Positions 39,104 through 47,828 of a DNA stretch of 64,000 nucleotides are shown here, one piece after another; positions within the stretch are counted from its first letter, which is position 1, and each line of letters opens with the position of its first letter. The stretch is from assembly GCA_039815185.1 (NCBI GenBank), contig JBCBZT010000007.1, forward strand, positions 32,001-96,000. Reading direction: 5' to 3'. The notes beneath the pieces are model-generated. The model did not search any database and was not told the origin of the DNA. It saw only the letters and a program-made list of their open reading frames with translations. Origin of the DNA: Cyanobacteria bacterium P01_A01_bin.123 (GTDB lineage: Bacteria > Cyanobacteriota > Cyanobacteriia > Phormidesmidales > Phormidesmidaceae). The position numbers and the translations under genes are program-made.

Positions 39104-40372
39104 ATGTCTAATCCTCCACCCTTAGCCAGAGCCGTTACCCGATACCAGTTGGCGCTGGCCCCACTGAATGCCCCAAAAGGTAAACCAGCCTCCCAATTGT
39201 CTGAGGTGCAGGTACTCGAACTGCTCAAAGCCAGGGACGAAGTACAGGCGATTTTGGATCAGATTGCGCAACAGTCCACGCCGCTCGGGGCAGACTGCAA
39301 TGCAGACTTAATCCAGCTGGCCCAACTAGATGCCCAGCTAAAGGACCACGGCAAAGCGATCGCCACCTTTCCCCAACTTCAAAACTGGCAGAACAGCTTT
39401 CAACCGCCCCCCACCGCCTGGTGGTGGCATTTTGAACCGCCTACTGACCCGCGCGATCGCGTCGATTGGCTCTGGAATTCCCTCACCCTTGCCGCCCTGA
39501 CTGCCAATCTGGCCCTGGTCACCGACATTGCCTCCCGGTTCTTTACGGGAGCCCCAGGCGTGTTGAGTTCTTTCGCGGCGATCGCCCCCAGTGTGCTCAC
39601 TCTATTTGCAGGTGGGGGTGCCTTGACCAAAGCCGGACGGATGGCCATTAAACATGTGCTTAGCCAAATTGGTATTTCCAAGCACCGCTGGCACGAAGCG
39701 CAGTTTGCCATTTCCGGTAGCTTACTGGTGCTCCTAATGATCTTTCACACCTCATTACCTAACATTGCTCGGTTCTACAACAATCGTGGTGAAATTCAGT
39801 TTTATGAAGCCGGTAAAATCGTCAGCGCCCAGGGTGACTTTCAAAAGGCACTGGCCCTCAATCCTGACTATGCCAAAGCCCAGTTCAACCTCGGGGCCAC
39901 CTATGAAGAACTGCAAGAACCCGACAAAGCCGAAACGGAATATCGCAAAGCCCTGAGCGCAGACTATCTCCCGGCTTACAACAACCTGGCCCATCTCTAC
40001 ATTGTGCAGGAGGAGTTTGACCGGGCCATTCCCTTTTTGCAGCAGGGGCTGAGCATTTTTGACCCAGCACTGCATGAGCCAGGGTTAGCCTATGCTCTCC
40101 ACAAAAATCTGGGTTGGGCCAGGCTCAAGCAAGCACGCTTACCGGAAGCGGCGGCCGAACTGCAACAGGCGATCGCACTCGATCCCGAACGGGCCGATGC
40201 CTATTGCCTGCTCGCCCAGGTATTGGAGCAGCAAGACCAAGCTGCCGCTGCCCTCCCCCAGTGGGAGAACTGCCTGAAATATGCCCGAGTCCAGGACGAT
40301 CTTTGGATTGACCAAGCCCAACAGCGCATTGATGCCCAGGATATTGATGCTCAGGAGAGTGAATCGCCATGA
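39104..40372 (+). CDS. Membrane-anchored TPR protein with a helical N-terminal domain
   Basis: N-domain ending in AWWWHF, then 2-3 hydrophobic segments, then TPRs (AQFNLGATYE, AYNNLAHLY, KNLGWARL). Confidence 0.85.
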   Translation: MSNPPPLARAVTRYQLALAPLNAPKGKPASQLSEVQVLELLKARDEVQAILDQIAQQSTPLGADCNADLIQLAQLDAQLKDHGKAIATFPQLQNWQNSFQPPPTAWWWHFEPPTDPRDRVDWLWNSLTLAALTANLALVTDIASRFFTGAPGVLSSFAAIAPSVLTLFAGGGALTKAGRMAIKHVLSQIGISKHRWHEAQFAISGSLLVLLMIFHTSLPNIARFYNNRGEIQFYEAGKIVSAQGDFQKALALNPDYAKAQFNLGATYEELQEPDKAETEYRKALSADYLPAYNNLAHLYIVQEEFDRAIPFLQQGLSIFDPALHEPGLAYALHKNLGWARLKQARLPEAAAELQQAIALDPERADAYCLLAQVLEQQDQAAAALPQWENCLKYARVQDDLWIDQAQQRIDAQDIDAQESESP

Positions 40373-41553
40373 AGTTTGCCAAATGTCTGAGTCTCTTGAG
40401 CCTGACGGCGCTCCTGGTGGCGACCTTTGCGCCCATTGCGGCTGCCAATCAAGCCGTTCTAGTCATCCGCCGGGGTCAGGTTAGTGTGAAACGCGATGGC
40501 CGCAGCAACTTTCGCCGTTTCAGAAACGGCGCACGCTTGAGCAGTGCAGACCTGATTCGGACAACTGGAAACACAACGGCATTGCTAAATTGCCCTGGGC
40601 GCTCCACCCTCACCCCCATTCCCGCAGGCTCTACCCGCAGCGTCAACAGCCTGTGTAGCCAGGGGCGCTACACCTATCGCCCCGGCGTTGAGCTAGAGGT
40701 GGGTGATTTGCGCGGGGGCAGCGACCCGATGATTCCCTTTGTCATCACTCCCCGTTCGGGGGCGATTATCTCCGCCCAACCCACGATTCGCTGGAATGCC
40801 GTTCCCGATGCCAGCCTCTACACTGTTCGCTTAGAGGTACGAGAACGCCGTAGTCAGCCAGAACCAGACGCGGTACTGTGGCAAGTTGAAACGGCGCAAA
40901 CTGCCATTGACTATCCGGGCAATCCGCCCCTGCAATCCCGTCTGTTTTACACCGTGGTGGTGGAAGCAGACACGGGGCAATCATCCAGCGATGAGGCGGT
41001 TGAGGCCCAGTCTTTTGTTGTCCGACCGGGGGGTGATATTCAAACCCAGCTTGACGAGGTGGATGCCCTGGACTTACCGCCCGCTATTGCGGCACAAGAA
41101 AAGGCTGATATCTACGTTACAGCGGGGCTAATTCCTGAGGCAATTACGGTGTTGCAGGGGATCATTGATGCTGAAATGGCAACTGCGGCGGTGTATCAAC
41201 AGCTAGGTGATCTTTATTTGGCTAGCGGGTTGCGGTTGCCTGCCGAAGCGGCCTATCGGCACACCATTGAAACCGCTGAGTTTTATGCCGATTTAGAAGA
41301 TTGGATGCTGGTGCACATTGGTTTAGCCATTCTCTATTCTGAAACTGAAGAGACTGATAGTGCTATTCAGTCTCTACGCCGCGCCGAAGTGGCGGCTTTC
41401 TATTTTTGCGATGCTGAGTTGCTCGGCCAGATTCATGAAGAGATTGCGGCACTGATGCCAGAGTCTGAGTTAGAGCCCGAGACTGAACTTGCCCCACCAC
41501 TAGCGGAACCTATCCTATGCGCCAGCCCCGACGAATCCCCTGCCAATGGATAA
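40369..41553 (+). CDS. Secreted protein: beta-rich N-domain, DUF928/FN3-like domain and TPRs
   Basis: Signal peptide; RGGSDPMIPFVITPR...PTIRWNAVPDASLYTV; TPR-like C-terminus; ATGA overlap with the upstream gene. Confidence 0.75.
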   Translation: MKFAKCLSLLSLTALLVATFAPIAAANQAVLVIRRGQVSVKRDGRSNFRRFRNGARLSSADLIRTTGNTTALLNCPGRSTLTPIPAGSTRSVNSLCSQGRYTYRPGVELEVGDLRGGSDPMIPFVITPRSGAIISAQPTIRWNAVPDASLYTVRLEVRERRSQPEPDAVLWQVETAQTAIDYPGNPPLQSRLFYTVVVEADTGQSSSDEAVEAQSFVVRPGGDIQTQLDEVDALDLPPAIAAQEKADIYVTAGLIPEAITVLQGIIDAEMATAAVYQQLGDLYLASGLRLPAEAAYRHTIETAEFYADLEDWMLVHIGLAILYSETEETDSAIQSLRRAEVAAFYFCDAELLGQIHEEIAALMPESELEPETELAPPLAEPILCASPDESPANG

Positions 41554-41950
41554 TCGCGGCCTGCCTTTTAGTTGGGTCGCCACTGTTAGCCGTGCCCTTG
41601 CCGCTGACCAGTTCGGTAGGTTGGGCGCAGACGAGTGACGACGATCGCCTAGCCGAGGCCGATCGCTTATTGCAGCAGGGCATTGATCACTATCGCAGTA
41701 GCCAGTTTAGGGAAGCCCTAGAGACCTGGCAAGCAGCGCTAGAGATTTATCGAATTCTGGATAATCGTACGGGCGAAGCGGGCATCCTCAACAACATTGG
41801 CATTGTGAACGACTCGTTGGGGAACTATGCCACGGCGCTGAACTATTACCAGCAAAGTCTGGTGATCCAACAAGCCATTGGCGACCGCGCTACCGAAGCC
41901 ATTACCCTCAACAACATTGGCATTGTGAACCGATTGTTGGGGAACTATCC
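41517..41950 (+). pseudogene. Truncated secreted TPR gene (probably the 5' part of a fifth TPR-CHAT gene)
   Basis: Signal peptide, EADRLLQQG...WQAALEIY and two TPRs; TPR periodicity ends abruptly near 41950. Confidence 0.8.
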
Positions 41951-42301
41951 AACAGCTCCCATGTTCAGTTGCTCACAAATCAGCGATTATCAGGCAACCA
42001 AGCTACTGATCTCGTATTTCCTAGCCCAAAGGGTCGTGCTATTGATGACCACAACTTTTCTCAGCGCGTTTGGTGGTCTATGCTCAGTGCCACTGACATT
42101 ACGCCGTATTGTCCACCCTACGCATTACGGCATACCTTTGCTACATGGGGTAAGCGCAACGATATGACAGATGAGCAAATTGCCTACTGGCTGGGTCATA
42201 AAACAACCCGCATGGTTCGAGAACACTACAGACATCTTGATGAACAACCCTTCGTTCCGGAATTTGAAATTTCTACAAACGATGAGAGCTACGATGCCTA
42301 A
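41951..42301 (+). pseudogene. C-terminal remnant of a tyrosine recombinase/integrase
   Basis: LVFPSPKG...HNF...PYALRHTFAT...IAYWLGH...MVREHY (box II residues and catalytic Tyr); N-terminus missing. Confidence 0.88.
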
Positions 42302-42419
42302 TTTTAGAGCCCAATCTTTAGCCCAAAATTAGGGCTAAGGGTATCCAACCTTGACCAAATACGCCCGTACTAAAGAACGAAACTCCTATGGTTTGGACCT
42401 TGTAATCTCTGAAAACCAA

Positions 42420-42492
42420 TGGAGCTAAGCGGATTCGAACCGCTGACCCCTTGAATGCCATTCAAGTGCTCTACCAACTGAGCTATAGCCCC
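42420..42492 (-). tRNA. tRNA-Ala(GGC)
   Basis: GGGGCTATAGCTCAGTTGGTAGAGCACTTGAATGGCATTCAAGGGGTCAGCGGTTCGAATCCGCTTAGCTCCA; cloverleaf with G3:U70. Confidence 0.97.
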
Positions 42493-42624
42493 GGATCATG
42501 CATTAGCCATCATCGCTTGAGCTTGAGTTATCGTCAAGGGATATTTCAACTTTATCTTGAGCAAACGACGCGATCGCAGGAGGTTCACGCTACAGTCAAA
42601 AACGTGCCTTCACTGACGATTACT

Positions 42625-43698
42625 ATGACTGCTGTACCTCCTAACGAGACCAATCCGCCCGATACTGATGCGCTGCTGCATAAACTGCGCCGCAAGCAGG
42701 GTAATTGGGTTGAGTGGGGCCAAGCGTGTCAAGCCTTACAAAAATCTGGACTCAATCCCCAGAAGATCTTTGAAGGTACAGGATTTGAACCGATTCAGCA
42801 AAATCAGATTATTGTCGCTGCCCAGGTCTATGAGTCTATTGCGAAAGGGGGGGCATCGGCGCAAACTCAGGCGCATTTTGCTGAGCGGGGGAGTGACAGC
42901 CTCTATGAATTGCGCATTCTGTCCCAAAGCGATCGCGCTGCCGCTGCCGACTTCATTGTTGCCCAAGGTCTCGATTCCGATGGGGTGAGAGAAATCGTCA
43001 AACCGCTGAAAGAATTTGCCTACCGTAGCGAACCACCAGAGGGATTTACCTTTCACCCCGGCGATGCTCTAGCGTTTCACTATTGGCGCTTGGCCCGTCA
43101 GCAAGAAGATTTGCAACTGCGATCGCGGCTGATTGCCCAAGGATTGCGCTATGCCCACAGTGTCAGTGCTCGCCAGCAGATTGAAACGCTGCTGACCGAT
43201 TTCTCCGTGGTTAAGACTAAAGCGGCACCCCGTTTACCCTTCTTTCGGGCCGATGATGAAACAGAACTCCCCCGAATTATTCCCGTTGCTGGGGAAATGC
43301 CGCTGCCTGTAGACGACTTCAAAGCAGTGCCTGTGACACTCACTGAAGAACCGTTTGGGGTCGTGAAGTTTTCGGGGGTGGGGGCTTGGGCACCTTTACC
43401 CGGTTGGCAAGTGATAATGCAGGCAGAAGATCCGGTGGGGGTTTTAACCACCAGCGATCGCTTGCCCAACGCTACCGCTGATACCCCCTCTGAGCTGGTT
43501 TTGGTCATCATCGATCGATCTCAACGCCAGTGGAACGTGTCTAGCTATTTTGCTGTAGCTCAAGAGGATACCCTTGATCTGCAATGGTTTGAAACCGCTC
43601 CGGCACAATCGCTCTTAGGGCAGGTCATCTTAATCCTCAAACCTAAGAAGATCTTAGACGAAGGCTATACTCGTGAACTTTGGCAAGTTGAAGAATAG
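42625..43698 (+). CDS. raf1: RuBisCO accumulation factor 1
   Basis: LRRKQGNWVEWGQAC, IFEGTGFEPIQQNQIIVAAQVY, PLPGWQ and C-terminal WQVEE. Confidence 0.92.
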   Translation: MTAVPPNETNPPDTDALLHKLRRKQGNWVEWGQACQALQKSGLNPQKIFEGTGFEPIQQNQIIVAAQVYESIAKGGASAQTQAHFAERGSDSLYELRILSQSDRAAAADFIVAQGLDSDGVREIVKPLKEFAYRSEPPEGFTFHPGDALAFHYWRLARQQEDLQLRSRLIAQGLRYAHSVSARQQIETLLTDFSVVKTKAAPRLPFFRADDETELPRIIPVAGEMPLPVDDFKAVPVTLTEEPFGVVKFSGVGAWAPLPGWQVIMQAEDPVGVLTTSDRLPNATADTPSELVLVIIDRSQRQWNVSSYFAVAQEDTLDLQWFETAPAQSLLGQVILILKPKKILDEGYTRELWQVEE

Positions 43699-43707
43699 GA
43701 ACTCCCC

Positions 43708-43914
43708 ATGGCTCTTGAAAGACGACTGTCTCGCTCCATATTTTTAGATACCGAAGTAGTTGAACTGCGTCAGCTTTGCTTTACTCCCGGTCGTGTGTTT
43801 GAACCCGGTAAATACTTGGCCGGAGAATTGCCGGATACTGCCTTTGAAATGGGGCTGGTTGAGAAATTGCCTCCGGTGAGGGGTAAGAGTGAGGAGGTTG
43901 ATCCTCAAGTTTGA
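43708..43914 (+). CDS. Small hypothetical protein
   Basis: 68-aa ORF packed between raf1 and sipA, with a plausible RBS. Confidence 0.6.
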   Translation: MALERRLSRSIFLDTEVVELRQLCFTPGRVFEPGKYLAGELPDTAFEMGLVEKLPPVRGKSEEVDPQV

Positions 43915-43934
43915 TTAGAGGGAGGAGAAAGAAA

Positions 43935-44210
43935 ATGTCTGAAAGTTTCAAATCCGGCGATCGCGTCCGTTTAATTGGCAACCCGCCCTATATCAAAACT
44001 GCCGATTCGATGCCGATGCTGCGACCTCCTGATGTGGTTGCCAGTGGTGAAGAAGGTACGGTAATTGATCAACGACCGGGGGGATACTTCGGGGTTCGAT
44101 TTAGCCGGGGCAGTTTTTTACTCGATAGCCAGTATTTAGAACTCGCCCAAAATCTTTCTCAGGAAGAAAATTCTATCGAGACGCACATTGATATAGATCA
44201 GCAACAATAA
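43935..44210 (+). CDS. sipA: NblS-interacting protein SipA (DUF3148)
   Basis: GDRVRL...PPYIKTADSMPMLRPPDVV..GEEG.VID.RPGGYFGVRF; GGAGG RBS. Confidence 0.88.
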   Translation: MSESFKSGDRVRLIGNPPYIKTADSMPMLRPPDVVASGEEGTVIDQRPGGYFGVRFSRGSFLLDSQYLELAQNLSQEENSIETHIDIDQQQ

Positions 44211-44329
44211 GCAGTTGAACTCAACCTGTGTGAGCTAGAATTGTTAAGTCTTCTTTACAAGATGTGATAGTCGCTACAAATCTTGACCTAGGAGGCTGAC
44301 CGCAAACCACGCTGTTAGAGTATCTCGCC

Positions 44330-46120
44330 ATGACGCTGCCTATCCGTAATGTTGCCATCATCGCCCACGTTGATCACGGCAAAACGACTCTTGTCGATGC
44401 CTTGCTTAAGCAATCTGGAATCTTCCGCGAAGGAGAAGATGTCCCGACCTGCGTCATGGACTCCAATGATCTTGAACGGGAGCGGGGGATTACGATTCTG
44501 TCGAAAAACACAGCAGTGCGGTACCAAGAGACGCTGATCAATATTGTGGATACTCCTGGCCACGCTGATTTCGGCGGTGAGGTGGAACGGGTGCTGGGTA
44601 TGGTCGATGGCTGTATCCTGATTGTTGACGCCAATGAAGGCCCTATGCCCCAAACCCGCTTCGTATTGAAAAAGGCGCTGGAAAAGGGATTGCGTCCGAT
44701 TGTCGTGGTGAACAAAATCGACCGTCCTCAAGCAGATCCCTATGGGGCGATTGATAAGGTTTTGGATCTGTTTATTGAACTCGGGGCTGATGATGATCAG
44801 TGCGAATTCCCCTATTTGTTTGCCTCCGGTCTGGCTGGCTATGCCAAAGCCGATCTCGACGATGAAGACCAAGACATGAAGCCTCTGTTTGAGTCGATTT
44901 TGGATCATGTGCCGCCACCGATTGGCGATCTCGCTAAGCCTTTGCAAATGCAGGTAACGACCCTAGATTATTCAGACTACCTAGGCCGCATCATCATTGG
45001 TAAAATTCACAACGGTATTATTAAAGCTGGGCAGCAAGCTGCGCTGATTAAAGAAGATGGATCCGTTGTTAAGGGCAAAGTCAGTAAGCTGATGGGTTTT
45101 GAAGGGCTGCAGCGCGTTGAGATTGCTGACGCCTCAGCGGGTAATTTGGTGGCCGTTTCAGGCTTTGCTGATGCCAATATTGGTGAAACCTTAGCCTGTC
45201 CTGATGAACCCGAAGCTTTGCCGCTGATTAAAGTTGATGAACCGACGCTGCAAATGACCTTTGCGGTCAATGATTCACCTTTCGCCGGTAAAGAGGGCGA
45301 TTTTGTCACGTCTCGTCAACTGCGCGATCGCTTGATGCGCGAACTCGAAACTAATGTGGCGCTGCGGGTCGAACCCACCGATTCTCCCGATCGCTTTGGG
45401 GTGTCGGGTCGGGGTGAACTGCACCTAGGCATTTTGATTGAAACCATGCGGCGGCAGGGCTATGAGTTCCAAGTGTCCCAGCCCCAAGTCATCTACCGAG
45501 AAGTCAACGGTCATCCCTGCGAACCCTACGAACTGTTGGTGCTTGATGTGCCAGAAGAGGGCGTGGGGGGCTGCATGGAAAAACTGGGTCAGCGTCGGGG
45601 TGAACTTCAAGACATGCGGGTATTGGGGGATGGTCGCGCCACGCTAGAGTTTGTGATTCCGGCCCGGGGGTTGATTGGTTTCCGGGGTGATTTCATGCGT
45701 CTGACGCGCGGTGAAGGCATCATGAACCACAGCTTTTTAGACTATCGCCCCCTGTCTGGTGATGTCGATACTCGTCGCAACGGTGTGCTGATTTCCTTTG
45801 AAGAGGGCACGGCGACCTTCTATGCCCTAAAAAATGCAGAAGATCGTGGTGTCTTTTTCATTGCACCCGGGACTAAGGTTTATAAAGGCATGATTGTCGG
45901 CGAACACAATCGCCAGCAAGACCTTGAGCTCAACATCTGCAAAACGAAGCAGCTGACTAACCATCGTGCGGCTAGTGGCGATGAACTGGTACAGCTCCAG
46001 GCTCCTGTAGATATGAGCCTGGAGCGGGCGCTAGAATACATCGGCTCCGATGAGATGCTTGAGGTGACGCCTGAGTCGATTCGATTGCGAAAAATGTCTA
46101 AAAAACTGGCGCGACGGTAA
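44330..46120 (+). CDS. typA: Translational GTPase TypA/BipA
   Basis: RNVAIIAHVDHGKTTLVD, DTPGHADFGGEVER and GRGELHL. Confidence 0.97.
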   Translation: MTLPIRNVAIIAHVDHGKTTLVDALLKQSGIFREGEDVPTCVMDSNDLERERGITILSKNTAVRYQETLINIVDTPGHADFGGEVERVLGMVDGCILIVDANEGPMPQTRFVLKKALEKGLRPIVVVNKIDRPQADPYGAIDKVLDLFIELGADDDQCEFPYLFASGLAGYAKADLDDEDQDMKPLFESILDHVPPPIGDLAKPLQMQVTTLDYSDYLGRIIIGKIHNGIIKAGQQAALIKEDGSVVKGKVSKLMGFEGLQRVEIADASAGNLVAVSGFADANIGETLACPDEPEALPLIKVDEPTLQMTFAVNDSPFAGKEGDFVTSRQLRDRLMRELETNVALRVEPTDSPDRFGVSGRGELHLGILIETMRRQGYEFQVSQPQVIYREVNGHPCEPYELLVLDVPEEGVGGCMEKLGQRRGELQDMRVLGDGRATLEFVIPARGLIGFRGDFMRLTRGEGIMNHSFLDYRPLSGDVDTRRNGVLISFEEGTATFYALKNAEDRGVFFIAPGTKVYKGMIVGEHNRQQDLELNICKTKQLTNHRAASGDELVQLQAPVDMSLERALEYIGSDEMLEVTPESIRLRKMSKKLARR

Positions 46121-46135
46121 ACATTACTCAAAAAA

Positions 46136-46181
46136 GGAAGTCAGCGCTCAAGGGGTTAAAAGCTTTGCTGCGCTGACTTCC
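46136..46181. terminator. Stem-loop between convergent genes
   Basis: 12-bp stem GGAAGTCAGCGC...GCGCTGACTTCC preceded by an A-tract (U-tract on the minus strand). Confidence 0.6.
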
Positions 46182-46252
46182 GGCAACGTCTTCTTCAGAC
46201 TAACGGGGTTTTTACGTAATTCCACTACCCCAGTGGGTAGTTTACGGGTTAT

Positions 46253-46468
46253 TCACATGCGATCGTGATAGAGACCTTGCAATAAATTGTTCAATTGTTC
46301 TTCAGGGCAGCAGTCTATCAGAGCCTCTAGGATATCCACGAGTTTTGCTGCTGTTTCTCCCAAGGTCGGGCTCATATCCCAGACGTCTTGTGCCCAACTT
46401 TGGGGAAGATCAGCATTAAAAATCATCCGCTCTAACAGCTGCTTAGCTTCGACCTTGGAAAGGGACAT
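46253..46468 (-). CDS. Small conserved hypothetical protein
   Basis: MSLSKVEAKQLLERMIF...WAQDVWDMSPTLGE; 71 aa. Confidence 0.65.
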   Translation of the reverse strand: MSLSKVEAKQLLERMIFNADLPQSWAQDVWDMSPTLGETAAKLVDILEALIDCCPEEQLNNLLQGLYHDRM

Positions 46469-46546
46469 GGCAATTTTCTGCAACGACCCAACGATTCTTG
46501 CGCCGTTGACTCGAATCGTCAAGCAGAGATGCCTTGGGGGGTAGAG

Positions 46547-47242
46547 ATGGTTCACTCTGTTTCTAAGCGGTCGGCCCTGATTGCCTTAGGGTTTTTAGTC
46601 GGAGCAGCCAATTTGGGAATTGTGGCTCGGCTGTATTTTCCCCAGAATATTGGCCAGGGCTTATTTGTTGCGACCCGTCTCTGGATTTTGGGGCTACCCC
46701 TCCTGTGGTTTTTTCGTGTTGAACGGCGGCGATTAGCGCTTGTATGGCCGACGCGGTCAGAGCTTTAGCAAGGGTTGGGGCTGGGAGGATTGATGTTCGT
46801 CGTGATCTGGATAGCCTATTGGTATATTGGGCGACCTTGGATGAATGTTGATGCGATTCGCTCAACAGCAGCGACGTTGAGGTTGGATAATCGCGGTATT
46901 TTCTTAGCCTTTGCAGTTTATTTCACTGTGGTTAATGTCTTGATCGAAGAATATATTTGGCGTTGGTTTGTCTGTCGACAATGTGAAGTGTTCTTACCGG
47001 GTTTGGGAGCTGTCGGATTAGCCGCATTCTGCTTTACGCTACATCATATTGTTGCGTTGCAAGGATATGTTGGCAATAGCTTGATTACTGTTTTAGGGGC
47101 TCTCGGTGTCTTCATTGCTGGACTGATTTGGTCTGTTTTCTACGTGAGGTATCGATCGCTTTTGGTCTGCTGTATCAGCCATATGATGGCTGATTTGGCG
47201 ATCGCGATCGTGGCTGGTCAGATATTGTTTGGTGATATTTGA
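46547..47242 (+). pseudogene. CPBP/Abi (CAAX-protease-like) intramembrane metalloprotease interrupted by an in-frame TAG at 46766-46768
   Basis: Two ORFs in one frame; EEYIWR, FTLHH and SHMMAD motifs are intact in the distal part. Confidence 0.8.
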
Positions 47243-47509
47243 ATCAGAATTGATTTAAATAATACCGATGAAATTGTTCTCTATAATACCAACGATTCTG
47301 ACTGTGAGTTTTAGTGATATTGTCTATCGCATTGTGCCTTGTTCACGATATTCAAGCTCGAATAGTTAAGCTTATGCTACGTTAAAAACGTGTCTTGATA
47401 TCACGTTAGCTGCATTATTTGTGACTAGAAAGGTTTTCTTTTAATAATTGATCAGCTAATAATCAGCTAACGGCAAACCACGACAATTTCAGTTTTTGGA
47501 GTTATACCC

Positions 47510-47785
47510 GTGTCAATTTACGTTGGAAACCTGTCCTACACTGCCACTCAAGATGACTTGAGCGGTGTTTTTACTGAGTATGGGACAATAAATCGAGTAA
47601 CGGTACCCCTTGATCGTGAAACTGGGCGTCCCCGAGGTTTTGCCTTTGTGGAACTCAGCAGCCCGGCAGAAGAAGATTCTGCTATTGAAGCGCTAGATGG
47701 TGCTGAATGGATGGGCCGAGAGCTCCGCGTTAATAAAGCGAGGCCGCGTGAAAATAGTGCCCCTCGTCGCGATCGCAGTTGGTAA
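47510..47785 (+). CDS. rbp: RRM RNA-binding protein (Rbp family)
   Basis: SIYVGNLS (RNP2), RGFAFVE (RNP1) and LDGAEWMGRELRVNKA. Confidence 0.95.
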   Translation: MSIYVGNLSYTATQDDLSGVFTEYGTINRVTVPLDRETGRPRGFAFVELSSPAEEDSAIEALDGAEWMGRELRVNKARPRENSAPRRDRSW

Positions 47786-47828
47786 ACTCCTGTACATTTG
47801 AGTGCTTGACCCGACCCGGATATCGACC

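Larger units (their letters stand above)
20378..42419. mobile_element. Genomic island integrated at the tRNA-Ala(GGC) 3' end (left boundary approximate)
   Basis: Integrase remnant beside the tRNA 3' end; decayed ORFs, Uma2, an IS and an accessory protease cluster lie between core genes ggpS and raf1. No duplicated att site seen. Confidence 0.75.

Noticed and set aside
41951..42301. Integron integrase driving the CHAT 'cassettes'
   Set aside because: Only a fragment remains, it looks like a tRNA-targeting phage-type integrase, and no canonical attC RYYYAAC/GTTRRRY ends were seen.
42451..42624. N-terminal extension of raf1 in the ORF track
   Set aside because: It overlaps the tRNA-Ala gene; the likely start is ATG 42625.
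44315..44947. Long antisense ORFs (over typA, hisS, thrS, clpB and others)
   Set aside because: They are shadow frames of well-supported genes and carry no recognisable motifs.
20609..46768. Amber recoding suggested by two in-frame TAG codons
   Set aside because: Many intact genes here end in TAG (trpB, raf1, cyAbrB, DUF3155) and no suppressor or pyl machinery is visible.
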